Positions 44,961 to 54,600 of a stretch of 64,000 nt of DNA are shown piece after piece. The stretch's first letter is position 1. The number at the start of each line of letters is the position of its first letter. The position numbers and the translations under genes are program-made. Source of the DNA: Desulfobacterales bacterium (GTDB taxonomy: Bacteria; Desulfobacterota; Desulfobacteria; Desulfobacterales; SKZT01); the NCBI GenBank assembly GCA_018399715.1, contig JAGYNR010000002.1, positions 5,687 through 69,686 on the forward strand, given 5' to 3'. The notes below the pieces were generated by a model. It had not been told where the DNA came from, did not search any database, and saw only the letters and a program-made list of their open reading frames with translations.

Positions 44961-44999
44961 GAACAAAACGAATGCAGGCGACGCTTGACAGAGCGCCTG
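44961..44999 (-). terminator. possible terminator between convergent mdh and vapC
   Basis: A GC-rich stem CAGGCG...CGCCTG (44975-44999). On the minus strand it is followed by CATTCGTTTTGTTC. It lies downstream of mdh and of the family 1 hairpin. Confidence 0.3.
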
Positions 45000-45032
45000 A
45001 TCCTTGACGTTGGACATTAATAATGGCTATCT

Positions 45033-45071
45033 AGTGCCCGAACGAAAACCAGGATTTTTCGTTCAGGCACT
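45033..45071. repeat. family 1 short hairpin (REP-like)
   Basis: AGTGCCCGAACGAAAA-CCAGG-ATTTTTCGTTCAGGCACT, 24 nt downstream of the mdh stop. Confidence 0.85.
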
Positions 45072-45095
45072 ACCTATAATCAGTTCCCCAACAAC

Positions 45096-46043
<948 letters not shown>

Positions 46044-46273
46044 TTATTATGAATTGGTTGCGGGTAAAGCCATTTAATTTCCGCTGAAGCTTCAAAAGAT
46101 TTGATACCATAACTTTCGCTGTTGTCAATAATTTATATAAATCAATATAATTCTATATGATTGACAACTATATATAAAACAGGATAAAAAAGTAAAAAAA
46201 TTATTTAGAAGCTGCGCAATAAAACTTCAATCAAATAACTGAAACACTGTTTTCATTTAAGGTATTTAAAAGG

Positions 46274-47191
46274 ATGGAAATCAAAAAACAGATTCAATCA
46301 ATGATCGCGGAAGCAAAAATATATTGCACCCAGGGACTTTTAGAAGAAGCCATTGTTTATTACCAGAATGCCAAAAACCTGGTTGAAAAAAACGAAAAAG
46401 TGAAAAATCGTGAGACTATCTTGAAAACGATAGAAGATAGAATCATATCACTAGAAAATGAAATTCAAAAAGTCAAAGATCTGAAAGAATCTGCTCCTGT
46501 CTCCTCCGAAGTGCAGGATTTAATTAAAACAAAATTTGCTTTTTCAAAGGATGAAAACGAAAGTGCACTTGAAGGTGCTATTGCTCTTGCCAAGTTTGGT
46601 CAATATGAAAGAGCATTACAAGAATTTGATGAGCTGCTTCAGGTAGATTCCTTGCGACTGGCTGCCGCAAAAAATATAATTCGCTGCCATATTGCGATGT
46701 CTACCATCGAGAAAGCTGTTGATATTTATCAGGAATGGATGGCTGGAGATCTCTTTCCTCAAGATCAACTCTACAAAATCAATATCTTTTTCAAGAGCAT
46801 CATTGACAGCAAAGGTCTCGATATTATGCTTCCACAGGTTGAAGAACCGGTAGATTTTGAGATGAATGAATTAGGAGAATCGGAAAACGAAGATGATGAA
46901 TTTATGGATATCAGCTCGATTGGCATTTCATTGGATACCGGATCTGAAAAAAAACGGATGATCGATCTGGATGTCAGTTTTCAGCAGGGTAATGAGATCA
47001 ATCTGATCATTTCCAGCAAGAACAAAGACCTGATTGACAATTTGAAAGTTGGATTTCGCCTCAATGATGTTCAATTTTATTCACCATTCGCTATTTTTAC
47101 CGGTTCCGGGATTGTTTCTGCCAAAACCCAGATAGGTTTTGGTCCCAAACAAGGCGATTATAGTTTAGACATAACTGTTATCAATAAATGA
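46274..47191 (+). CDS. hypothetical protein: TPR-like helical N-terminus, acidic linker, beta-rich C-terminal domain
   Basis: A 305-aa protein. It has helical repeats (AKIYCTQGLLEEAIVYYQNAKNL, AIALAKFGQYERALQEFDELLQV), an acidic stretch ELGESENEDDEF and a beta-rich tail with no RxxxR motif. It sits directly upstream of the mglA-like gene. Confidence 0.6.
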   Translation: MEIKKQIQSMIAEAKIYCTQGLLEEAIVYYQNAKNLVEKNEKVKNRETILKTIEDRIISLENEIQKVKDLKESAPVSSEVQDLIKTKFAFSKDENESALEGAIALAKFGQYERALQEFDELLQVDSLRLAAAKNIIRCHIAMSTIEKAVDIYQEWMAGDLFPQDQLYKINIFFKSIIDSKGLDIMLPQVEEPVDFEMNELGESENEDDEFMDISSIGISLDTGSEKKRMIDLDVSFQQGNEINLIISSKNKDLIDNLKVGFRLNDVQFYSPFAIFTGSGIVSAKTQIGFGPKQGDYSLDITVINK

Positions 47192-47292
47192 AAAAACTGA
47201 ATCCATTTTCCATTTTTATTGTTTTTTGATATTTATTTTTTATAGAGGATATATTATGTTTATTTAATTTCTTGCGTTGGAGCAAATTCTAA

Positions 47293-47907
47293 ATGGCCAA
47301 TATTAATATTAAAAAGCGGGAAATCGAATGTAAAATTGTATACTACGGACCAGGGCGAAGCGGAAAAACTACAAATCTTGAATACATTTTCAAAAGCTAT
47401 AAAAATTATGTCTCCGGAGAAATGATTTCTATCAAAACGGAGGGAGATCGGACATTGTTTTTCGATTTTCTTCCGATTGGTCTCGGAACTATTAAGGGAT
47501 ATGATGTTCGCGTACAGTTATATACAGTTCCTGGTCAGGTACAATATACCTCGACCCGAAGGCTGGTATTAAAAGAAGTAGATGGTATCGTGTTTGTGGC
47601 AGATTCTCTCAAGGTCAGGCGTGAAAAGAATATGCAATCCTTAAAGGATTTGCAAAATAACCTTAAGGGATATGATCTTAGCATCTTTAAAGTTCCATTG
47701 GTGCTTCAATATAATAAGAGAGATTTAAGCAAACAGGGTATCCCCTTAATGCATAGTGAGTTAATGGAAAAGGAACTCAACTCTCAATTAAAGGTTCCAT
47801 CGTTTCAGGCCAGCGCCATTACAGGACAAGGTGTTGGCGTTACATTAAAAGAATGTCTGATGTTAACGTTGAAATCTATCCGAAAACAGCTAAAAACGGT
47901 AAAATAA
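47293..47907 (+). CDS. mglA: MglA-type Ras-like small GTPase
   Basis: REIECKIVYYGPGRSGKTTNLEYIF, DRTLFFDFLP, LYTVPGQV (the MglA-specific PGQ in place of DxxGQ), VFVADS, QYNKRDL. By memory these are closely collinear with Myxococcus MglA. Confidence 0.9.
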   Translation: MANINIKKREIECKIVYYGPGRSGKTTNLEYIFKSYKNYVSGEMISIKTEGDRTLFFDFLPIGLGTIKGYDVRVQLYTVPGQVQYTSTRRLVLKEVDGIVFVADSLKVRREKNMQSLKDLQNNLKGYDLSIFKVPLVLQYNKRDLSKQGIPLMHSELMEKELNSQLKVPSFQASAITGQGVGVTLKECLMLTLKSIRKQLKTVK

Positions 47908-47911
47908 AAGG

Positions 47912-49105
47912 ATGCAAAGTAAATTCACTTTGGCCGGAAGCCTTAATTTTCTGAACCTTGCCGATTTGTTACAGCTTTTGGGGTCTAATTCGGCGACCGG
48001 AATTTTGCGTATTGTCGGAAAATATTCTCAGCATCCTGGCTGGATATATGTTGAGAAAGGAAATCCGGTCAACGCACAAAATGCAGATTTGAAGGGAATG
48101 GAGGCATTAAACAGTCTTTTTGGATGGACAAACGGCGAGTTCGAGTTTCATGAGGAACCGATTTCGGTCGAAAAAAATATTAGAAAAAACAGAATGCAGG
48201 TAATTCTCGATGGAATCCGGATGCTGGATGATGGATTAATCGAAACAGCCGGACCAGTATCCTTTGATACAACCGATGTGGAACGTCCTCAAAAAGTTGA
48301 CGATGGTCCTCTGGTTAAGGGCCCTTTGATCGATTATATGTATGTTGTTGATGAAGAAGAATTTGAAAAGGGCGAAGATATTGTTATCGAGGGCAAACAT
48401 GGGAGTTGGATTTGGGTTGTTCTGAAAGGTGTCATACAAATTGTTAAAGAAACCGCTCAGGGAAGTGTCAATATCCTTAGAATCGGTGATGGTGCCTTTC
48501 TGGGAAGTATTGCCTCTTTTTTAATGGGGGGAAATGTCAGAAGTGCTACCTCGGTGGCCTTGGAAGATGTTCAGCTTGGGGTGCTTGATTCTCAACGGTT
48601 GTTCGTGGAGTTTGCAAAAATGTCTCCCGATTTGCGGGGACTTTTGATCAGTATTGACAGACGCTTAAAACAGATCACGGACAGATCTGTGGATATCTTT
48701 CTTGATAGGGATGATCCACAGGCGGCGGTTTTAAATAAAAATGTACTGATTCGCGAAGGGGGAAACGAGGAAAGAGCTTTTAAAATAACTCACGGAGAGG
48801 CTTATGTTACCCACTCTACGGATTCCGGTATAATTCTGTTGGCCAATTTAGGCAAGGGAGATATTGTCGGTAATCTGCCATTTATCAATATGGGTCTTGA
48901 GCCGGAATCCGCTTCCATTTATATTTCCGAGGATGTTGGCCTGAGCCCCTTGAACCCACAAACGCTTCGGGAGGAATTTGAACAACTTTCTCCCACTTTC
49001 CGGAATATTATTGAAAATGTGGCTACCAATATATCAGCAACTACCATGGTGGCTGAAATGTATAAAAAACAAAAAGCAGGGAAGTCAACCAATATTTCTT
49101 CCTGA
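47912..49105 (+). CDS. DUF4388 (PATAN-type) domain protein with two cyclic-nucleotide-binding-like domains
   Basis: N-terminal LAGSLNFLNLADLLQLLGSNSATGILRI...GWIYVEKGNPVNA (DUF4388). A cNMP-like barrel has GDGAFLGSIASFLMGGNVRSATSVAL (RSAT phosphate-binding cassette). A second barrel is more degenerate (GKGDIVGNLPFI...SASIYI). Confidence 0.75.
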   Translation: MQSKFTLAGSLNFLNLADLLQLLGSNSATGILRIVGKYSQHPGWIYVEKGNPVNAQNADLKGMEALNSLFGWTNGEFEFHEEPISVEKNIRKNRMQVILDGIRMLDDGLIETAGPVSFDTTDVERPQKVDDGPLVKGPLIDYMYVVDEEEFEKGEDIVIEGKHGSWIWVVLKGVIQIVKETAQGSVNILRIGDGAFLGSIASFLMGGNVRSATSVALEDVQLGVLDSQRLFVEFAKMSPDLRGLLISIDRRLKQITDRSVDIFLDRDDPQAAVLNKNVLIREGGNEERAFKITHGEAYVTHSTDSGIILLANLGKGDIVGNLPFINMGLEPESASIYISEDVGLSPLNPQTLREEFEQLSPTFRNIIENVATNISATTMVAEMYKKQKAGKSTNISS

Positions 49106-49150
49106 TAACAGTTCCAACAGATACTTATAGTGAGGGTGAGGGGGAAAATT

Positions 49151-49504
49151 ATGGATAAAGAAAAGCGACGACAGCCGAGAGTCGAATCCCTTAATCTGAT
49201 AGCCTATGTGTGTAAGGATAATGACGGTAACGTGTCAGCACAGGGAATGGGACGAACATTAAATGTTTCGGAAATCGGGGTGCTTCTGGAAACCTATTAT
49301 CCCATTGAATGCAAAAATCTGTTGTTGATAGATATTGGATTTAAAGATGAACTCGTTGATTTAAAGGGTAAAATCATTCATTCCAAAACCAACCGTCAAG
49401 GAAAACATGAGACCGGTATTGAGTTTGTCGATATTGATGAAAACACATTGAAGATACTTCACCAATATATTAAAGCCTTTCAGGAACTTTATCCTGAAAG
49501 TTAA
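49151..49504 (+). CDS. PilZ-domain c-di-GMP receptor
   Basis: RRQPR (RxxxR) and NVSEIG ((D/N)xSxxG) with the canonical spacing. I chose the start at ATG 49151, after AGGGGG; the ORF-track GTG is at 49130. Confidence 0.8.
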   Translation: MDKEKRRQPRVESLNLIAYVCKDNDGNVSAQGMGRTLNVSEIGVLLETYYPIECKNLLLIDIGFKDELVDLKGKIIHSKTNRQGKHETGIEFVDIDENTLKILHQYIKAFQELYPES

Positions 49505-49515
49505 AGGAATAATTT

Positions 49516-50409
49516 ATGAATCAAGCCGTATATGAAACCCGGTGTCCCGATCTTAGACTGTTGAAGAGAGGAAAAGTCCGGGATATATATGATCTCGGGG
49601 AATATCTGTTGATGGTGGCAACGGACCGAATCTCGGCATTCGATGTGGTGATGCCGGATACGATTCCGGATAAGGGAAAAATTTTGACACAGATATCCCT
49701 ATTCTGGTTTGAATTCATGAAACCGATTTGCGAGAACCATGTGATAACCAGTGATGTCAAACAATATCCCAAAGTATGTCAGCAATACGCTAAAAGCCTT
49801 GAGGGAAGAAGTATGCTGGTCAAAAAAACCACACCGCTGCCGGTTGAATGTGTTGTCAGGGGATATATATCCGGGTCCGGATGGAAATCATACTGCCAAT
49901 CCGGTACGGTTTGCGGCATTTTGCTCCCGGAAGGCTTAACAGAATCCCAAAAACTTCCCCGCCCTATCTTTACGCCCTCTACAAAGGAAGAGACGGGTCA
50001 TGATATTAATATTTCTCTTGATGAAGCTGCCCAAAAAATCGGAGATGAACTTGCCCAAAAAATAAAAGACCTGAGTCTTGCCATCTATGATAAAGGTTCT
50101 AAAATGGCTGAAAAGAAAGGTATTATTATTGCCGATACAAAATTTGAATTTGGTATTCAGGATAACTACCTGTTATTAATTGATGAAGTCCTGACACCGG
50201 ATTCCTCCAGATTCTGGCCTAAAGATGAGTATACGCCCGGCGGTCCTCAAAAAAGCTTCGACAAACAATATCTCCGGGATTATCTTTTGTCTCTGAATTG
50301 GGAAAAAAAGCCTCCCGCTCCCTCACTTCCTGAACATGTCATCCAAAACACCCGAAAAAAATACTTGGAAGCCTTTCGGATTTTAACAGGGACTGATGTT
50401 GCCCTTTAG
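49516..50409 (+). CDS. purC: phosphoribosylaminoimidazole-succinocarboxamide synthase
   Basis: GKVRDIYD...[13 protein letters not shown] ... ADTKFEFG ... [12 protein letters not shown], the long-form PurC pattern. Confidence 0.94.
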   Translation: MNQAVYETRCPDLRLLKRGKVRDIYDLGEYLLMVATDRISAFDVVMPDTIPDKGKILTQISLFWFEFMKPICENHVITSDVKQYPKVCQQYAKSLEGRSMLVKKTTPLPVECVVRGYISGSGWKSYCQSGTVCGILLPEGLTESQKLPRPIFTPSTKEETGHDINISLDEAAQKIGDELAQKIKDLSLAIYDKGSKMAEKKGIIIADTKFEFGIQDNYLLLIDEVLTPDSSRFWPKDEYTPGGPQKSFDKQYLRDYLLSLNWEKKPPAPSLPEHVIQNTRKKYLEAFRILTGTDVAL

Positions 50410-51352
50410 CCAGGATATTGTAGAACTCTCAGAAATCGACATAACGGATATAACTTTTCGTATTACCACAAAGGAAAAGGTCGATGACCTGGCGGGATCT
50501 ATCAAACATCTGGGACTGATTAATCCTCCTGTTCTTATCCCGGAATCCACTAAATTGATAGTTGTTTCCGGTTTCAGACGAATCGCGGCAGCCACTTTTT
50601 TGAAATGGGAAAAGATTCCGGCAAGATGTTTGCCGGAATCTTTTCCCAAATGGCAGTGTGCCGAACTCGCCGTTACGGATAATGCGTTTCAAAGATCTTT
50701 GAACCTGGTCGAGATATCACGATGCCTGGTTCTTTTAAGTAAGCATCTTCACTCTTTCGAATCATTGACCCAAAAAGCGGTCGACCTCGGTCTGCAAGTC
50801 AATAAGGACTTCTGCCAAAAAGTTCAGCCGCTTTTCAATTTACCCTGGTCGGTTCAACAAGCCCTTCTGTCGAATGCCATCGCGCTTCCTACGGCTCTTG
50901 CACTTTCAGACTTGCAAACCAAAGATGCCGTTTTGCTGGCCAACCTATTCAAAAGTCTCCGATGCAGTCTGAACCGACAACGACAAATACTAACCCTTGT
51001 ATCTGAAATAAGCCTTTCCGAGGATATTTCTGTTCATGAACTTCTAAAAGCATCTGCTATACGGACGGTGATTGAAAACCCGGAGATGGATAAAAACCGG
51101 AAAACCCGTATTATCACCGATTATTTGAAAAGACGCCGTTATCCAGCTATTTTTGCATCTGAAGAACAGTTTGCACAGCAGGTGCGCGAACTGAATCTGG
51201 GAAACCGACTGCGGTTGTCAGCCCCTCCCTATTTCGAAGGTAAAACGTTTGGATTTACCTTGCAGTTTGATAATCTGGAAGAACTCAAAACCCATTGCCG
51301 AAAATTAAACGCGCTTGTTGAAAACCCTGTTTTGAAAGAAATTATAAAGTAG
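50396..51352 (+). CDS. ParB/Srx-fold N-terminal-domain protein (orphan ParB-like)
   Basis: ELSEIDITD...[20 protein letters not shown]...[13 protein letters not shown] is the ParB N-terminal (GxRR) box. I recognised no obvious HTH. The ATG overlaps the purC 3' end by 14 nt. The stop TAG (51350-51352) is partly provided by the repeat element. Confidence 0.7.
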   Translation: MLPFSQDIVELSEIDITDITFRITTKEKVDDLAGSIKHLGLINPPVLIPESTKLIVVSGFRRIAAATFLKWEKIPARCLPESFPKWQCAELAVTDNAFQRSLNLVEISRCLVLLSKHLHSFESLTQKAVDLGLQVNKDFCQKVQPLFNLPWSVQQALLSNAIALPTALALSDLQTKDAVLLANLFKSLRCSLNRQRQILTLVSEISLSEDISVHELLKASAIRTVIENPEMDKNRKTRIITDYLKRRRYPAIFASEEQFAQQVRELNLGNRLRLSAPPYFEGKTFGFTLQFDNLEELKTHCRKLNALVENPVLKEIIK

Positions 51353-51493
51353 TGCCCGAACGAAAACTAGGATTTTTCGTTAAGATCAAGGAAGACGAAA
51401 ATTTTAACCACAGACATACATTGAGTATTTCGAGGATTAAAATTTGAGTCTGACACAGATATTGGCGAAAAAGACAGTTTTCGTTCAGGCACT
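51351..51493 (+). mobile_element. MITE-like repeat, family 1, long form (copy A)
   Basis: AGTGCCCGAACGAAAACTAGGATTTTTCGTT + 96-nt insert + CAGGCACT. The termini match the short hairpins, and the insert is flanked by direct TTTTCGTT (51374-51381 and 51478-51485). It is near-identical to the reverse complement of 6846-6986. Confidence 0.8.
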
Positions 51494-51540
51494 CAATATC
51501 GAATACACCCCCCTAACCCCCCTCAAGAGGGGAATTAAAG
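51494..51540. repeat. possible partial family 3 repeat
   Basis: ACTCAATATCG and CCCCTAACCCCCCTC-AA-GAGGGG resemble the arm (TACTCAATATCGG on the opposite strand) and the CCCCTAATCCCTCTCC core of 58992-59114. The similarity is short. Confidence 0.3.
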
Positions 51541-51628
51541 GGAAGTAAGCTGTCTATGGTGCATGGAATGCACCCTACTCGATTTCTTAATGTTAGATAT
51601 AATTTTTCTGAAAAATTATAGTTAATGC

Positions 51629-54600
51629 TTATCCACCAACCTCGTGCAGCTCTTTTTCCAGGCTTTTCAACGTGCCGACCCGATGGCCCGGAACGTAATA
51701 AATGCCGCTGCCCTCTCCCTGTCCCATTCCTCTTAAGTAAAAATAAAAAACACCGCCGAAATTTTTATCAGGAGAAAACTGGTTTCCAAGGGTTTTAGCC
51801 ATCCATCGCAGGGCGGCAATGGTGTATATTTTGTACTGAAGATGGTAATCGGCCTGAATCATGTTTTCTTCCATGGCGTTTTGTCCATAACCATTTTCCA
51901 GAATGTTTGACTTCCAGTCGGCAATGTAGAATTTGTTTTCTACCCGGAAAATAAGGTCAACAAATCCGCGAATGAATCCATCACACCAGCGGCAACCGGG
52001 AACCGTCCCGGAAGCCGTAACGGAAAAGGAACGGGGAAACGGAAAATAAAATTCAACCTCGTGAAGCCGGTCTGTTTTTTCCAGACCGGCAAGATAAAAA
52101 CCTTTGTAAACCGCGTCAACCGGCGCTGTCAACACGCGGAAAATAATATCGCTGATCGGTTTGAGCCATCGGCGATCCACCTGGTGCAACTTCATACAGT
52201 TTAAAATGAGTTCTTTGACATCGTCTTTTGTTAAAAGGGGACTTATATCTTCAGTCGAATGTATGGAAGACCCCATTTCCCGAACGGTTTTAAAGGAAAT
52301 TTGTTCCAGGATTTCGTGAAACATGGAACCGATTTCCGTGCCGCCCGGAATATCGTTTGGATCACCATATTCAAATGGTGCCGGCGGGCTTAATAAAAAA
52401 CTGTCTTCGTCATCTTCTTTCGGCTTTTTCACCATGGCATGGAATCCGGGCAGTTGATGGTGGGTCTCCCTATCGGAAATATGCCGGTGAATACTGGAAA
52501 ATGATGCCAGCTCTATTCTCCGGTGCCTGAAATCTTTTGAAATGGGAATAATTTTTTCAGGCAAATGTTCAATGCCTTTTGTTGGGGACATGATAGCGTT
52601 TTCTTCTTCCGGCTTCGTTTTCGGGACACACGTATCTTTTTTTGTTTCTCCTGCCCGGGCCGCGGCCGGCGTGGAGGCATTTATCCATGCCGCAAGAGAT
52701 ATCTGATCATTTTGTTCAGCAAATGTTTCCGCCAGCGCCGGAGAAAGAAGCCGGGGAACCGGCCCGGCAGCGGCCAAATTTTGCTGGCAGGAATAAAACG
52801 GGACATACAGCTTGAACCGGGCACGGGTGAGAGCTACGTAAAGCAGGCGTTTTTCTTCATCTTTTATTTCGCCGATACCCTTTTCCCTGCCGATTGTTTT
52901 GGAAATATCAAATGTTTTTACAATACTTTTTACATCTTGGATATCATGATATACAAACCAATCCTGGGACTGAACCGGTTTTTGAGTTAATCCGCCGAAA
53001 ATAAACACCACTGAAAACTCGAGTCCCTTTGCCACATGCATGGTCATGATTTGCACCTTTTGGGCCTCAGTTTCTATCTGGTGAACATCGGCTTCTTCAG
53101 CCGGAGAAAAAGTTCCTTTGCGGTAACCATCAAGAATCGCCATGATGCCTCTGAAATCCAGATTGTTCCGGTAGGCGGCATCATGAAGATATTCGAAAAG
53201 CTGCCGATAATTGGCAAACTTTCTTTCCCAGTCGGATGTTTTACACTCCCTGTAAATCAGTCCCGAATGTTCCAATAACGACTGAAACAGCAGACTCCAC
53301 TGACGGTCAAGGGCATATTCGTTCCATTGAAACAGCATCTGTTTTACCGGATGCGCTGCTGAGAGGTTTTTTGCCCCCGGCAGATCCGATGGTTGAAAAT
53401 TAAAAAAAGGGGTCAAAAGTGCTTTATTCAGGGCCGATGGATCGCCGGGGTCGGCAATGGCATGAAACAGAAAACTTAAATACAGGGCCTCGTTCGAATG
53501 AAAAAGACCGGGTTTTTTATAATAGGAATAGGGAATATTGTGTTTGATCAGTTCGGTTTCTACAAAAGCCGCCTCATTGCCGGTCCGCACGAGTATACAA
53601 ATATCGCCGTAGGAAATTTTCTCCGGGGGACTATCCTTTTTGAGACACGTAAAACCGCCGCAATTAACCAGGTAATCGATTTCTCCGGCAATAAAGGTTG
53701 CCAGCAGGGGCTTTGCTGTTTTTAACCGTAACGCGTCGCTGAGATCAACAATGGTTAATGCCGGACGGTTGGTTTTGTCATCGGCGATGGCAAAATTACG
53801 ATGGTTGGTCTCCGGAGGATTCACTGAAAGATAGCCGATTTCAAAATCACTGCATTGATCCGGCGGCTTGAACCAACTTTCGATACTAAAAAGACGATTA
53901 AATACGGTAATCAGATCCGGTTCAGACCGCCAGTTGGTAACCAGGCAGTAACAGGCGGCCATTTCCAATGCAGACAAGCGTATCATTTCGTTTTTAGCTT
54001 CCAGGTATGCAAACACATCAGCACCCCGAAATGCATAAATCGCCTGTTTCGGATCGCCGATCAAATACAAGACATTGGCAGACGGTTTTTTTATACCCGT
54101 TTCCAGGAAAAGCTTTCTGAATATTTTCCACTGGACCGGATCGGTATCCTGGAATTCATCGACAAAGGCCACCTTGTATTTTTTTCGAAGACTTTCAATC
54201 AAGCTGTGGCCGCCGGATGAATACAAAGCCGTTTTTACCTGTAACAGCATATCATCATAACTGATCAGCCCTTTTTTGAACTTTTCCTTTTGAACATCCT
54301 CCCGGAGCCGATAAACGCTTTGCACCATCAAAACGTCTTTCAACTTTTTATAAAGATCTGTCAATTGGCAAAGCCTTTGTTTAAGCAAAAACCACTGGGG
54401 ACAAACTTCGGGGTTCGGCCCTTTTTTCAGGTATTTAAATTCAAAATAGTCATTTCCTTTATCACAGACATAATCGAAAATTTTAAAGAGCGGTAAATAA
54501 GACAACTGATGCGCATCGATTTGTAAAAGACTGTTTTTCAGAGGCCTAATCAGATTTTTTTGAACCGCTCTTTTGGTCCCGGCGTGAATATTGAGTTGGT

